Under the pieces are notes generated by a model. The model saw only the letters and a program-made list of their open reading frames with translations, searched no databases and was not told where the DNA came from. DNA of 64,000 nucleotides from contig MU053559.1 of the NCBI GenBank assembly GCA_013239625.1, positions 744,001 through 808,000 on the forward strand, in the 5' to 3' direction. A program made the position numbers and the translations under genes. How positions within the stretch are numbered: the first letter of the stretch is position 1; each line of letters opens with the position of its first letter. This document shows, one piece after another, positions 52,093 through 64,000 of this stretch. Source of the DNA: Lama guanicoe (Eukaryota).

Positions 52093-53060
52093 ACTACAAA
52101 CCAATATCATTCATGAAAAATACAAATTTTAAAGAAATATATCAGTAAACAGAATCCAACAATATATAAGTGCAATAAATCACAATCAACTAATATTTCT
52201 CTCAAAAATGCAAGGTAAAGTTAATATTTGAAAGTCAATAAATAAATTTACATATTAAAAAAATAAAATCAGTAACTCATAAGATCACTCTAATAAGATG
52301 AAGAGAAAGCATTTGACAAAATTCAATATGCAACCACGATAAGAAAAAACCTTTTCAATAAGCTAGAATTAGAAAAGAAGGCATATAACCTGATAAAGGG
52401 CAGCTTCAAAAAACCTAAAGCTAACATCATACTTAATGGTATGAATTTTTTGCCCCAAATAACAGGAACAAGGCAAGCTTGCCCATGCTCATCATTTCTA
52501 TTCAACATTGAACTGAAGGTCTCAGACAATGAAATAAGGAAAGGGAAATAAATTAAAAGCATGAGACTGGAAAGGAAGAAGTGAAAGTGTCCTTAAAACA
52601 ATTTAGAAATGCCTCAGGATACAAAGTCAATGTAAAAAAATAAATCACTAGCAATTTATGCTAGCAATAAGCAATCCAAAAATAAAATTTTTAATAATGC
52701 CATTTACAATAGTATCAAAAAGCATTGAATACTTACAGATAAATTTAATTAAGGATACATAAAACTTCTATACTGATAACTATAAAGCATTGCTGAAAGT
52801 AATCAAAGATCTAAATAGATGCAGAAAATTGCCACATTCAATGATTAGAAGGCTCAATATTATTAAGATGTCAGCTCTTCTAAAACTGACCTACAGAGTT
52901 AATTCCAAACAAAATCCCAGTAGGCTTTTTCAAAAAAATTACAAACTGATTATAAAATTTATATAGAAATGCAAATGATCTAGAACAGCCAGAGTAATTT
53001 TTTAAAAAGCCAAGTTGGAGAATTCATCCTATTTGATTGCAAGACTCACTATAAAAGCTA

Positions 53061-54864
53061 ATTACAACCAATACCACAGAAATACAAAAATCCATAAGAG
53101 AATACTATGAACAACTATATGCAAACAAATTAGACAACCTAGAAGAAATGGACAAGTTTCTGGAAACACACAGTCCACCAAGACTGAATCAAGAAGAAAC
53201 AGACCACTTGAACAGACCGATCACTAGAAATGAAATAGAATTAGCAATTAAAAAAACCTCCCTACAAACAAAAGTCCAGGACCAGATGGCTTCACCAGGG
53301 AATTCTACCAAACATACATAGAAGAACTCATACCGGTCCTTCTCAAATTCTTCCAAAAGATTGAAAAGGAGAGAGTACTCCTAAACTCAATCTATGAAGC
53401 CACCATCATTCTGATACTAAAACCAGACAAAGACACTACCAAAAAAGAAAATTACAGGCCAATGTCACTGATGAACATAGGTACAAAAATCCTCAACAAA
53501 ATATTAGCAAACAGAATCCAACAGCACATAAAAAAGATCATACACCATGATCAAGTTTGATTCATCCCAGGGACACAAGGATGGTTCAAAATATGCAAAT
53601 CAATCAACATGATACACCACATCAACAAAAGAAAGGACCAAAATCACATGATCAATAAATCTCAGCAATGTTCTCCTAGGGCACTCTATCCAAGCAACAG
53701 AAATAAAAGCAAAAATAAACAAATGGGACCTAATTAAACTTATAATAGCATAGCAAAGGAAAGTAAAAGCAAACCAAAAAGACAATCTATGGAATGGGAG
53801 AAAATACTTCCAAAAGATGAGACTGACAAGGGTTTAATCTCCAGAATGTATAAACAGCTCATATAACTTAATAGCAAAAAAACCCAAACAACCCAATCCA
53901 AAAATGGGCAGAAGACCTAAACAAGCAATTCTCCAATGAAGACATATGAATGGCCAATAGCACATGAAAAAAATGCTCAGTATCACTAATTATCAGAGAA
54001 ATGAAAATCAAAACTACAATGAGGTATCACCTCACACCAGCCAGAATGGCCATCATTCAAAAGTCCACAAATGATAAATGCTGGAGAGGCTGTGGAGAAA
54101 AGAGAACCCTCCTATACTGTCGGTGGGAATGTAGTTTGGTGCAGCCATTATGGAAAACAGTATGGAGATTTCTCAAAAGACTAAAAATAGACTTACCATA
54201 TGACCCAGCAATCCTACTCCTGGGCATATATCCAGAGGGAAACTTAATTCAAAAAGACACATGCACCCTAATGTTCACAGCAGCACTATTTACAACAGCC
54301 AAGACATGGAAACAAGCTAAATGTCCATCAACAGATGACTGGATAAAGAAGATGTGGTATATTTATACAATGGATTACTACTCAGCCATAAAAAACAGAT
54401 AAAATAATGCCATTTGCAGCAACATGGGTGGACCTAGAGATCATTATTCTAAGTGAAATAAGCCAAAAAAAAGAAAGAAAAACACTATGATATCACTTAT
54501 ATGTGGAATCTAAAAAAAAAGAGAGAGAGAAAAGGACATTATGAACTTATCTACAAAACAGAAACAGACTCATAGATATAGTAAACAATCTTATGGTTAC
54601 CAGGGAAAGGGGGTAGGAAGGGATAAATTTGGGAGTTTGAGATTTACAAATGTTAGCCACTATATATAAAAATAAATTTCAAAAGTTTCTTCTGTATAGA
54701 ACAGGGAACTATGTTCAATATCTTGTAATATCCTTTAATGGAAAAAATATGAAAAGGAATATACGTATGTATATGTGTGACTGGGACATTGTGCTGTACA
54801 CCAGAAATTGACACATTGTAACTGACTATACTTCAATAAAAATTTTTTAAAAACAACATAAAAT
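53061..54864 (+). mobile_element. Young L1 with internal deletion and 18-bp TSD
   Basis: TSD gactcactataaaagcta (53043-53060) / gactcattataaaagcta (54865-54882). ORF2 Z/RT N-part followed by the C-terminus and 3'UTR. Confidence 0.9.
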
Positions 54865-54915
54865 GACTCATTATAAAAGCTACAGTAATAAAAGTATGAA
54901 TTTGCCAAAAGGACA

Positions 54916-55466
54916 GTGTGTTAACTATATTTTCTCATTTTGTGTGTTCTTGATGCTCTGGCATTTGGTACCTTGCTGAGCCCCTCCCAGGGCTAGTTAT
55001 TCCTAGAGACAGCAAATGACTTCCCTGTAAGCATACCTTTCATGTGTAAACCAACCAATCCAGAGCCCATATCGACCAACTATCTTCTTTATCAAGATCT
55101 CACAGGCTGAGCCATGATGCCCCTGCTGTAATCACCTCAGGGCTGGGTACCAGACAAATAAGGGCAGTCCCTATAACCTGGAGCCTGCTGAAATTACTCA
55201 ACCTAGCTAATTCTAAATCTTCCCTGCCTGCTTCCTCTGCCTTACCCATTCTTCCCCATGAAAATCACAATAAAGGCTCTTGCCCATGCTCTCCCCTCAC
55301 AACTTCTACTTCTTGGTTGACCCTGGTGCTTCTTACTGTGGCCCTGCATGATGTGGCATGCCTCCTCCTCTTGGGAACTGTAAGTTACAAACTATTTTTA
55401 ATAACTGTTGTATCTGGATCTATTGGCCTCACCATACCAGAATAATAATAAAACCTTCACTTTAAA
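54916..55466 (+). mobile_element. ERVL solo LTR (MER74/MER73-like)
   Basis: gttcttgatgctctggcat...ttcctagagacagcaaa...aaaccaaccaatccagagccc...cacaataaaggctcttgcc. Confidence 0.7.
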
Positions 55467-57422
55467 ATGGAAAGACATATAGATCAATTGAACAAATAGG
55501 GAGTCCAGAAGTAGGTTCACATATATAAAATCGACTGATTTTGATAAATGTGCCTAGGAAATTCAGTGGGAAAAAGAAAGCCTCTTCAACAAATGGTTCT
55601 GGAACAACTGGATATCGTATTGATAAAAATGAACATCAATCCTTACATGAAACACACAAAACAGATCATAGACCTAAATTGAAAAAGCTACAGTAACAAA
55701 ACCAATAGAATAAAATATGAGAAAAATCTTTGTGACCTGTAGAAAGCAGATTTCTTAAACAGATCACAAAAGTACTAAAATGTTTTAAAAGATGATAAAT
55801 TAGACTTCATCAAAATTAAAATGTTTGCCCTTTGATAGGCACCAGAAAGAAAATAAAATTGTAAGGCACAGATTGGAACAAAATATTGGCAGTATGTATA
55901 TATGGCACAGGGGTTGTATCCAGCAAATATAAACTCTTAAAACTCAATAATAAGAAGATAAACAACTCAATAAAAATGGGAATGATACCTAAAGAGACAC
56001 TTCACAAAAAATGTACAAGTGGTCAATAAGCACATGAAAAGATCCTCAACATCATTCCTTTAGAGGAATGCAACTTAGAACAATGAGATATTATTATACA
56101 TCCACTATAAAAGCAAAAATTAAAAAGAATGATGATAGCAAGTGTTGGTGAGGATCTGGAGCAACAGAAATACTTATGTATTGCTGTTGGAAATGTAAAA
56201 TGATATGGCCACTTTGGAAGACAGTTTAGCAATTTCTTATAAAGGTAAGCAAATGCTTATTATATTATACCAGCAACTCCATTCCTAGATATTTACCCAA
56301 GAGAAATACGTTCACACAAAGACATATCAGAATGTTCACTCCAGCTTTATTCATAATGATCAAATAATGACCATCTATCATCAATAGGTATATAGATTAA
56401 CAAGTTACTCATACTATGGAATAGTATTCAGAATTTTAAAGGAACAAATGAGTGATATGTGCAATAACGTGGGTGAATTGTAAAATCATTATGCTGAACA
56501 AACGAAGCCAGACCAAAAAGGGTACATATGGTGTGATTCCATTTATATGAAACCCTAATAAAGACAAATTAACCTATAATGACAAAAAAAATGTCAATGG
56601 TTGCCTGGGGCCGAAGTGGTGGTAGTTATTAACTAACTACAAGGGGCATAAAGGTACATTTTTGTTTGATGGAATGTAATCTATCATGATTGGGGTGCTG
56701 TTTATACCAGTGTGTGTACCTCTGTCAAAGCTCACCAAACTGTATACTTAAAATGGATATATTTTATGGTATGTAACTTATATCATAATAAAATTGATTT
56801 TAAAAGAAAAATACTAGGTGACAGTGATCATAAAGTCAGAAGATGGAAGAGAGGCATGGGGATAAGGGAGGTGGAGAGAAGTGAGGAACCTGAAGGCAAT
56901 ACCTACAAAGAGAAGAGGAGGTGAGGCTGGTTGTAGATCACAGTTTATTGGTATCTTAGAGTGAAAAGATGAAAATGAGAGGGAAAAGAAGGTGAAATGG
57001 CACCAGGGAGAACAGGAATGAGGCAACCAATTGATCTTCAGAGAAGGCAAATCCATTAAAACCTGAATGTATGTTAAGAATCTAAGGCCATGGAAGTGGG
57101 GTTTCAGTACTAAAGCATAAAAATGTGATGGAAGGAGAGAATATCCAAGAAAGCCAGATCCATAGTGAGGAAGCTTGACATATGCTTCAAAGTATAGGTA
57201 TTGCAGCAATTCTCCTGGAGGAGAGCCAAGCAAAGTAGACAGTTGATAACAGTATACGAATAAAGGGAGAGAGCAATTTGGTACCAGAGAGGCCAGTGTT
57301 ATCTATTCTCAAGCAGTTTCTAAAGTTTTGAACCTTCAAGAAGGGTAGCAGTCATAGCAATTTAAAGGCATCAACCTCAAGTATTTCCATGTTTCTCTTC
57401 TGCCTAGATCATGTGCACTCAC

Positions 57423-57518
57423 CTGAGCAGCTCTGATGTGGGGTTTCTCCCTCCGACATCCATGGCTCCTCTCCTTGCCCCAACCTGAAGATGACCTCTG
57501 GTTTGGGAACTTCATACC
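57423..57518 (-). CDS. ZNF81: ZNF81 KRAB-B exon (96 bp, phase 1-1)
   Basis: Encodes (G)[31 protein letters not shown]. Acceptor ttctgttaacAG, donor CAG|GTGAGT. The trailing G plus AT of the terminal exon makes GAT (Asp), in frame. The intron to the terminal exon is ~17 kb. Confidence 0.95.
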
Positions 57519-58688
57519 CTGTTAACAGAACAGGAGAGAAAATGGGGTCCAGCTCATGGCTTTCCATTTGTTCTTTGGAAAAGTGACCACATTTCATTGG
57601 GGAAAAAGGAATCATCACAAAGGTGAAAAGGGACTGACGAATCTCAGGCCAGTCCAGGACAGCACCATCACTCACTTAAGAGGTCCGAGGGCACTCGGCA
57701 GCTGAGGATGGAAACAGCATGGCTGAGGTTTTGTGTTAGTTTCTGAGGGATGCTATAACAAAGTAACCAAAAACTAGGTGGCTGAAAACAACATAAAAGT
57801 ATTGTCTCACATTTCTGGAGGCTAGAAATCTGAAATCAAGGTGTTAGCAGGTGTCATGCTCTCTCTCTGGTAGATATAGGGGAGAATCCTTCCTTTCATC
57901 TTCCAGATTCTGGTGTTTTCCAGAAATCTTTGGTGTTCCTTGGCTTGTAAATGTATTACTCTAGTCACGTGGCCAACCTCTACCTGTGTGTCTTCTCATA
58001 ATTTTCCCTCTACGTATGCCTATTTCTGTGCCCAATTTCCCTTTTCTATATAAGGACACCACTCAGATTGAGGCCCGCCTCAATGAACTCATTTTAAGTT
58101 GATTCCCTTTGTAAAGATACTATTTTCAAATAAGGTCATATTCTAAGGTACTGGGGGTTAAAATTTCCACGTACCCTTTTTTTCAGGGGACACAATTCAA
58201 CCCATAAGAGCCTTCCCTCTGACCCCCAAATTCATGTCCTTCCATGTGGACTAACATGGGAAAATACACTAGCTCCATCCCAATATCCCCCAAAGTCTTA
58301 ATCATCCCAGCACCAACTCTTAAGTCTAAAAATCTCATCTTAACATCAACTCAAAATCTCAAGTCTCATCATCTAAATCATCCAAATCAGTTATGGGAGA
58401 GACTTCAGTATGAGTCAGTCTGAGACAAAAGTCCTCTCCATGAAAACCTGGGAAAGCAAACAAGTAACCTGCTTCTAAAATACAATGCTGGCCCAGACAT
58501 AGAATAGATATCCCCATTCCAAAAGGGAGAAATAAGAATTTTAAAAGGGATGGCAGGTCCCAAGCAAGTCTAAAACCTAGCAGGGCAAATTCCATTGGAT
58601 TTTAAGGCTTGACAACAACTCACTGGTTCAATGGATCTGCCCTCCAAGCCCACCAGGGTGGCAGCCCCACCCCCTCAGCCCTGGACCA

Positions 58689-59200
58689 GAAGTGGCACCA
58701 CTCACTATCACCCCAAGTGACCCATTAGCAAAAATTTTGCTTCCCATTCCAGCAACCTCATGCTCTGTTGTTCTAGATGTCTTAGTTCCAAAGGGAGGAA
58801 TGCTTCCACCAAGAAACAGGACAACGACTCCACTGAATTGGAAGTTAAGTCTGCCACTTGGACATCTTGGTCTTTTCATGCCTTTGAATCAACAGGCAAA
58901 GAAGGGAGTTACTGTGCTGGCTGGGGTGATGGATCCTGACTACCAAGGGGAAACGACTGTTGTATCACAATGGAGGTGAGGAAGCGTATATATCTAGAAT
59001 ACAGGAGACCCCTTAAGGCATACTGCCATGCCCTGTGATTAAAGTCAATTGAAAACTACAACCACCCAATTCAGGCAGGACTACTAATGGTCCGGACCCT
59101 TCAGGAATAAAGTTTTGTGTCATCCTTCCAGATAAAGAACCATGATCAGCTGAGGTGTGTGCTAAGGGCAAAGAGAATAAGGAATGGGTAGTAGAAGGAA
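58689..59200 (+). mobile_element. ERV-L internal 3' end (integrase tail/dUTPase region)
   Basis: EVAPLTITPSDPLAK...VPKGGMLPP...PLNWKLSLPLGHLGLFMPLNQQAKKGVTVLAGVMDPDYQGE, HERV-L dUTPase-like. Confidence 0.88.
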
Positions 59201-59492
59201 GAATTCAGCCTCGAAACTGCAACACAGACATCCGCCTAGTTTGCAGTCAGTGGTCTGCCCTGTGGGTTTCAGACTCAAAACTGCAACATGATCTCACCTT
59301 AATTTCTAGTCTACTGGCTTGCGCTTCAGATTTGCCACAACTGAGTAAAGCCAGTTCCTTAAAATAAAATCTCTTCTCCTTGCTTTGTATTTATGTACAC
59401 ACACGCACGCACGCACACACGTGTGCCCTTATACTCTATGTATATGCACCCATATCCTATTGGTTTCATTTCTCTGAAGAACCATAATACAG
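59200..59492 (+). mobile_element. MLT2 (ERV-L) LTR, 3' half
   Basis: ctgcaacacagacatcc...agccagttccttaaaataaaatctc...catatcctattggtttcatttctctgaagaacc...aataca. Confidence 0.8.
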
Positions 59493-59495
59493 AGT

Positions 59496-59601
59496 GGGGA
59501 GGGGACAGCTCAGTGGTAGAGTACCTGCTTAGCATACACGATATCCTGGGTTCAATCCCCAGTGCCTCCATTAAGAAAAAAAGAAATAAACAAACGTAAC
59601 T
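59496..59601 (+). mobile_element. Vic-1-like SINE with perfect 15-bp TSD
   Basis: ggggaggggacagctcagtggtagag...gggttcaatccccag; TSD accataatacagagt at 59481-59495 and 59602-59616. Confidence 0.92.
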
Positions 59602-59616
59602 ACCATAATACAGAGT

Positions 59617-62270
59617 TTGGTACTGGGAGTGGCTCTAGAGGAACAGAATCTTCAGGATGAGTTTTTTTTTAATTTCTTTTTTTTTTAATCGAGGTATAGT
59701 CAGTTACAATGTGTCAATTTCTGGTATATAGCATAATGTTTCAGTCATACATATGTATGTATGTATATTCATTTTCACATTCTTTTTCATTAAAGGTCAC
59801 TACAGGATATTGAATATAGTTCCCTTGCTATACAGAAGAAATTATGGCTTTTATCTATTTTCATATATAGTGTTAATATTTGCAAATCTAGAACTCCCAA
59901 TTTATCCCTTCCCATCCCCTTTCCTCCAGTAACTGTAAGATTGTTTACTATGTCTGTGAGTCTGTTTCTGTTTTGTAGATGAGTTCATTAGTGTCTTCTT
60001 TTTTTTCAGTTCCACATAGGATGAGGGTTTTTTTTGTTTGTTTGTTTATTGGTGTGGGGAAGTAATTAGGTTTATTTATTTATTTATTCTCAAAGGAGGT
60101 ACTGGGGATTGAATCCAGGACCTCATGCATGCTAACCATGCACTCTACCACTTGAGCTATGCCCTCCCCACTTATTTTTTTTTTGAGTTGTTGATAGAAC
60201 TTCTGGAATTGCTTCCTTATTCTGATTAGATTCAAAGGTATTAATGACTCTCTTTCTATTAGTAAAGAGAGCACTAATAGTCCCTGGTATGATATGGCAA
60301 TAGAAATATGCAAAATATCAACACTGGATACTCCTAAATCAAATGCTTGTAAGAGGTAAGGTCTGGATGACCTGGTATTTGATACCTGAGGCATTTCTGT
60401 CAAACTTACGAGTATAATCAGGTTGCCTAGGTGCTCCTAATTGAGCTGGACAAAGTGAGGCAAGAAAAGGATGAGCTCAGGGATTTGATTTCCCAGCTCA
60501 AGCATCGCATCAATGACCTGAACATTTCTATGTCTATGTTTATGTCCTGAAAGGAACCTTTAGCTCCTGTAGCCGCTGAGCTAAGGTTGCCGAAAACCAA
60601 ACCCAGAGTTTCATCCTTTGAGTGGCTACATCACCATGTAAACTCAATTCCCAACCTCACAGGGTGTCCGCTGTTAAAGGAGGGCATTGGTTAGGAAGGA
60701 ATGGGATTCCAAAATGTAGAATGGGGACAGGTGAGGATCCTGAACCTCTAAAAACTCTGATGGGTCTTTGCCAGGAGAAGCCACCCTTCCACCCTCGATG
60801 GAGAAGATAAACCCTACTCTGCCTGAGGAGCAATGGCCTCCCCAGAGGTACTCGCCTTTGTCTTGTAATGCGCTACTGATTCCCCTCAGGACTTACGCCC
60901 ACCACCTTTCTTTGCTTCCAGACCTATACCTGGACTCAAGTCTCACCAAGGCCCAAAGGGTGAGGTCCAGAGTGTGACCCCTAAGGAGGTGTGATTTCAG
61001 AAGAACTGCATTTTTTGACCAATTTATACAGGCATGAATCTGGGAACTGTGGGTGGAAATGGACATTAAGAGTGTGGGATAATGGAAAGAACGTAAAGTT
61101 AGATCAGGCCGAATTTATTTATCTCTGGACACTAAGCACACTCTGAATTTTACTGTTGGCACCTGAGGGGTTAGAGAGGGCTCCAACAGTTTGTTTGGCT
61201 GCTTGGCTGAAACATGGACCAAAACACGGCCTGCATGGAATTCAGTGGAAATGCCAGAACTGGGGCAGTGTACTCCCAAAGGCAGAGGGAGACGGGAATG
61301 TTGGGAGTGGATGCATCATATAAGACCGGCTCACCCACACGGGGAGGGTCCAGGGACACGTCTGTCATGAAGACTGTGACAAATACATTTGTGAGGGGGC
61401 CGCCAGTAATCCGTGATTGCCCGTCTCTGTAGGTCAGAAGTTTCTGTGGGAAACTGAACTGGGAAACCAAAATGCAATGGGAGAAATTGGACCCTGGAGT
61501 AACGGGGGCCAAAGGGAGGCATTTAGTTGCGAAATGCAATGTGGATGCAGTTCCCGTAATGGACAGCAGGGTCAAAGCAGTAATCAGAATAGTCCGAGTT
61601 ACAGAGATCTAGGGGGTTGGCCAGTTGATCATGATGTCCCTGGAAAAGAAACAGATGGGCCAGCTACTAAATTCTGACTTGACTGTATAAGGAGACATGT
61701 TCTAAGTCAAGGGAACACAAGTCTTTTTTTGAGACATCAAAATGCAGAGTCCTGGTTCCTCAATCAATTCCCACGCTTGAGCCAGTTTATACACCCAGAA
61801 CTTTTTGAATGAAGGAAGGAAGGGGGGTCCTTCCTCTAGTGGGGAAGGACCCCACAACACTGCCAAAAATTTATACTGCTAACCTTTCTCCCAGTCTTCC
61901 CTAAAGGGACCTACAGCCCTTTATCAGTGACTGTACCCTAGGGAAAAAGAAATTGCGAGGCTTTTCAGAGATGACTAGACACTGGCTCTAAATTGACATT
62001 AATTCCAAAGGACCCAAAATGTCACCATGGCCCACCAGACAGAGTAAGGGCTTATAAAAGTGAAGTGGTCAGTGGAGTTTTAGCTCAGGTCCATCACACA
62101 CAGTGGGCTCAGTGGATTCCCAAACCCATCTTGTGATTATTTGCCTGGTTCAAGATTGCATCATGGGAATTCATATACTCAACAACTGGCAGAATCCCCA
62201 CACTGGTTTCCTGACCTATGGAGCAAGGGTGGGAAATACCAAGTGGAAGCCACTAGAACTGCTTCTATCG
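59617..62270 (+). mobile_element. ERV-L PBS(Leu)-gag-protease, decayed; interrupted by an L1 tail (59662-60017) and a SINE
   Basis: PBS tggtactgggagtggctc (59618-59635), gag remnants, protease *LDTGSKLTLIPKDPK and CIMGIHILNNWQNPHTGFLT. Confidence 0.85.
60030..60169 (-). mobile_element. Vic-1-like SINE
   Basis: ggaggtactggggattgaatccagga...cactctaccacttgagctatgccctcccc. Confidence 0.9.
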
Positions 62271-62856
62271 AACTCTAATTCAAAAAGAGACATGCACCCC
62301 AATGTTCATAGCAGCACTATTTACAATAGTCAAGACATGGGAACAACCTAAATGTCCATCGACAGATGACTGATAAAGAAGTAGTATATATGCATAATGG
62401 AATGCTACTCAGCCATAAAAAAGAATAAAATAATGCCATCTGCAGCAACATGGAAGGAACTTGAGATTGTCATTCTAAGTGAAGTAAGCCAAAAAGAGAA
62501 AGAAAAATACCATATGATATCACTTATATGTGCAATCTAAAAAAAAAAGACAAATGAACTTATTTACAAAACAGAAACAGACTCACAGACATAGAAAATA
62601 CTTACGGTTACCAGGGGGGAAAAGGGGTAGGAAGGGATAAATTGGAAGTTCAGGATTTGCAAATCTTAACTACTATATATAAAATAGATAAACAGCAAGG
62701 TCCTACTGTATAGCACAGGGAACTGTATTCAATAGCTTGTAATAGTTTATAATGAGAAAGAATATGAAAAGGAATATATATGTATAAATGAATCACTATG
62801 CTGTACATCAGAAATTAACACAACACTATACATCGACTATACTTCAATTAAAAAAT
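62271..62856 (+). mobile_element. Young L1 3' end
   Basis: ctaattcaaaaagagacatgcacccc...gactatacttcaattaaaaaa. Confidence 0.9.
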
Positions 62857-63644
62857 ACCAATGAGGTATTTGCCTTCTGGAAACAAAGAGATGACAGCCT
62901 GTCACCTTGCATCTTCCCTGTTTGTGCCTTCTGGGCCCATGGTGGCAGTGACATCCCTACGGGCTTCTGAACCATTTAGGAGATGGGGTCATTCATCCCT
63001 TTTCTTGAAGGATAACACATGTTCACAGCCAAATAGCTTTACCAGCCTGTTTCCTGTCTGTAGACTCCCAGAAATCCAACAGTCTTCCTTCCTTTTCTCC
63101 TGCCTCTGTCCTTTTCAGCCTAAGCTGAAGAGGGTTTCTACTGAGATGGTTGACTGGATCCACAAATCCTACACCTACTCATCTTTTTAGCAACTGGTTT
63201 TCCAGCTATCCTCTTGGTGTACACCTTCTCATAATTTGCAACATGGATAGGCTGAGAATTTTCCAAAGCTTCATACTCTAGTTTCTTTTCACTAACAATT
63301 CCTTCTCCAATTTCTCTCTTTCTGCTTCCATTTTACTAGAAGTGTCAAGGAGAAATCAAGCCTTGCCTTAAACACTTTGCTGAGAAGTCTCCTCAGCTCA
63401 AAATCCAAGTTTGTCACTTCCCAGTTCTACTTCCCACCCAAGAACACAATCCAGCCAAATTCTCTGCTGCTTTATAATAAATCACCTTCCTCACTTCCAC
63501 TGAGGCCTCACCAAAAATACCTTTAATGTTCATCTGTATTCCTACCAACAGTCTTTTTGAGGCATCCAGAACTTTCTACCAAGCACCTTAAAAATAGTTC
63601 CAGGCTCTACCCATGGCTCAATTCTAAAGCCACGTCCATGTGGG

Positions 63645-63775
63645 TTTTTTTGGGGGGGAGGGTTGGAAATAATTACGTTTATTTATTTAATGTTCTAATG
63701 GAGGTACTAGGGATTGAACCCAGGGCCTCGGGCATGCTAAGCATGCGCTCTACCACTTGAGCTATACCCTCCCCC
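63645..63775 (-). mobile_element. Vic-1-like SINE
   Basis: ggaggtactagggattgaacccaggg...gcatgctaagcatgcgctctaccacttgagctataccctccccc; flanking ccac(g/c)tccatgt repeat. Confidence 0.9.
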
Positions 63776-64000
63776 ACCTCCATGTTGTGTTAGGTATTTG
63801 TTACAGAGGCACCTCACTTCCCAGGACAGAAAGCTCTATTAGTTTCCTAGGGCTGTTATAACAAAGTACCACAAACTAGGTGGCTCAAAACAACAGAAAT
63901 GTATTGTCTTGAGGTTTGGGAGGCTAGAAGTCCAAAATCAAGGTGTCAGCAGGACCATGCTAGGGAAGGAATTGTCCCATACTTCTCTCCTGGCTTCTGG

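Larger units (their letters stand above)
51640..56810 (+). mobile_element. Old L1 ORF2-3'UTR with nested young L1 and LTR
   Basis: Collinear ORF2 remnants through ...tatcataataaaattg. Confidence 0.8.
57732..64000 (-). mobile_element. MaLR MLT1(C-like) element with both LTRs (57732-58210; 63835->64000) and internal sequence, hosting nested insertions
   Basis: Two similar LTR ends (tgtgttagtttctgagggatgctataacaaagtaacc / tctattagtttcctagggctgttataacaaagtacc) flank MaLR-int at 58211-58685 and 62858-63834. Confidence 0.8.

Noticed and set aside
49156..54402. ORFs of 112-135 aa (e.g. 49509-49916, 54001-54402)
   Set aside because: Fragments or antisense frames of truncated L1 ORF2; no intact L1 is present.
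58692..58979. Domesticated dUTPase gene
   Set aside because: Short, non-ATG start, frameshifted ERV-L remnant within a decayed element.
59496..59570. tRNA-Ala-like genes (also at 9.2, 22.9, 27.5, 60.1 and 63.7 kb)
   Set aside because: Diverged copies with a shared non-tRNA tail and, in several cases, TSDs: these are SINEs, not tRNA genes.
57519..64000. ZNF81 KRAB-A exon
   Set aside because: No VSFEDV...EEW motif found on minus; the interval is almost all TE, so the exon must lie beyond the window.

Overview
Mammalian, almost certainly camelid, genomic DNA. Six copies of a tRNA-Ala-derived SINE resemble camelid Vic-1, and there are many young artiodactyl-type L1 3' ends. The only intact protein-coding gene is ZNF81, a KRAB C2H2 zinc-finger gene that is X-linked in human. 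It lies on the minus strand: a 96-bp KRAB-B exon (57423-57518) splices in frame to a terminal exon with 12 fingers (38758-40454), and the KRAB-A and upstream exons lie beyond the right edge. Most of the rest is decayed transposable elements (L1, ERV-L/ERV3, MaLR/MLT1, ERV1, MIR, L2, DNA transposons); subfamily names are from recognition, not a database search. I see no clear-cut new biological system. The best leads are: (1) an orphan CpG-rich promoter at ~17.4-18.2 kb built from about 7 copies of a GC-box+ACGTA motif, with candidate spliced exons on both strands; (2) a heavily decayed KRAB-A/KRAB-B exon pair at 11.5-11.9 kb, possibly a lost KRAB-ZNF; (3) a circularly permuted ERV-L nested in a two-LTR MLT1 element in a ZNF81 intron; (4) several TSD-bounded 3' transductions or chimeric retrocopies; (5) fossil fingers behind the ZNF81 stop codon and near-identical fingers 8 and 11.
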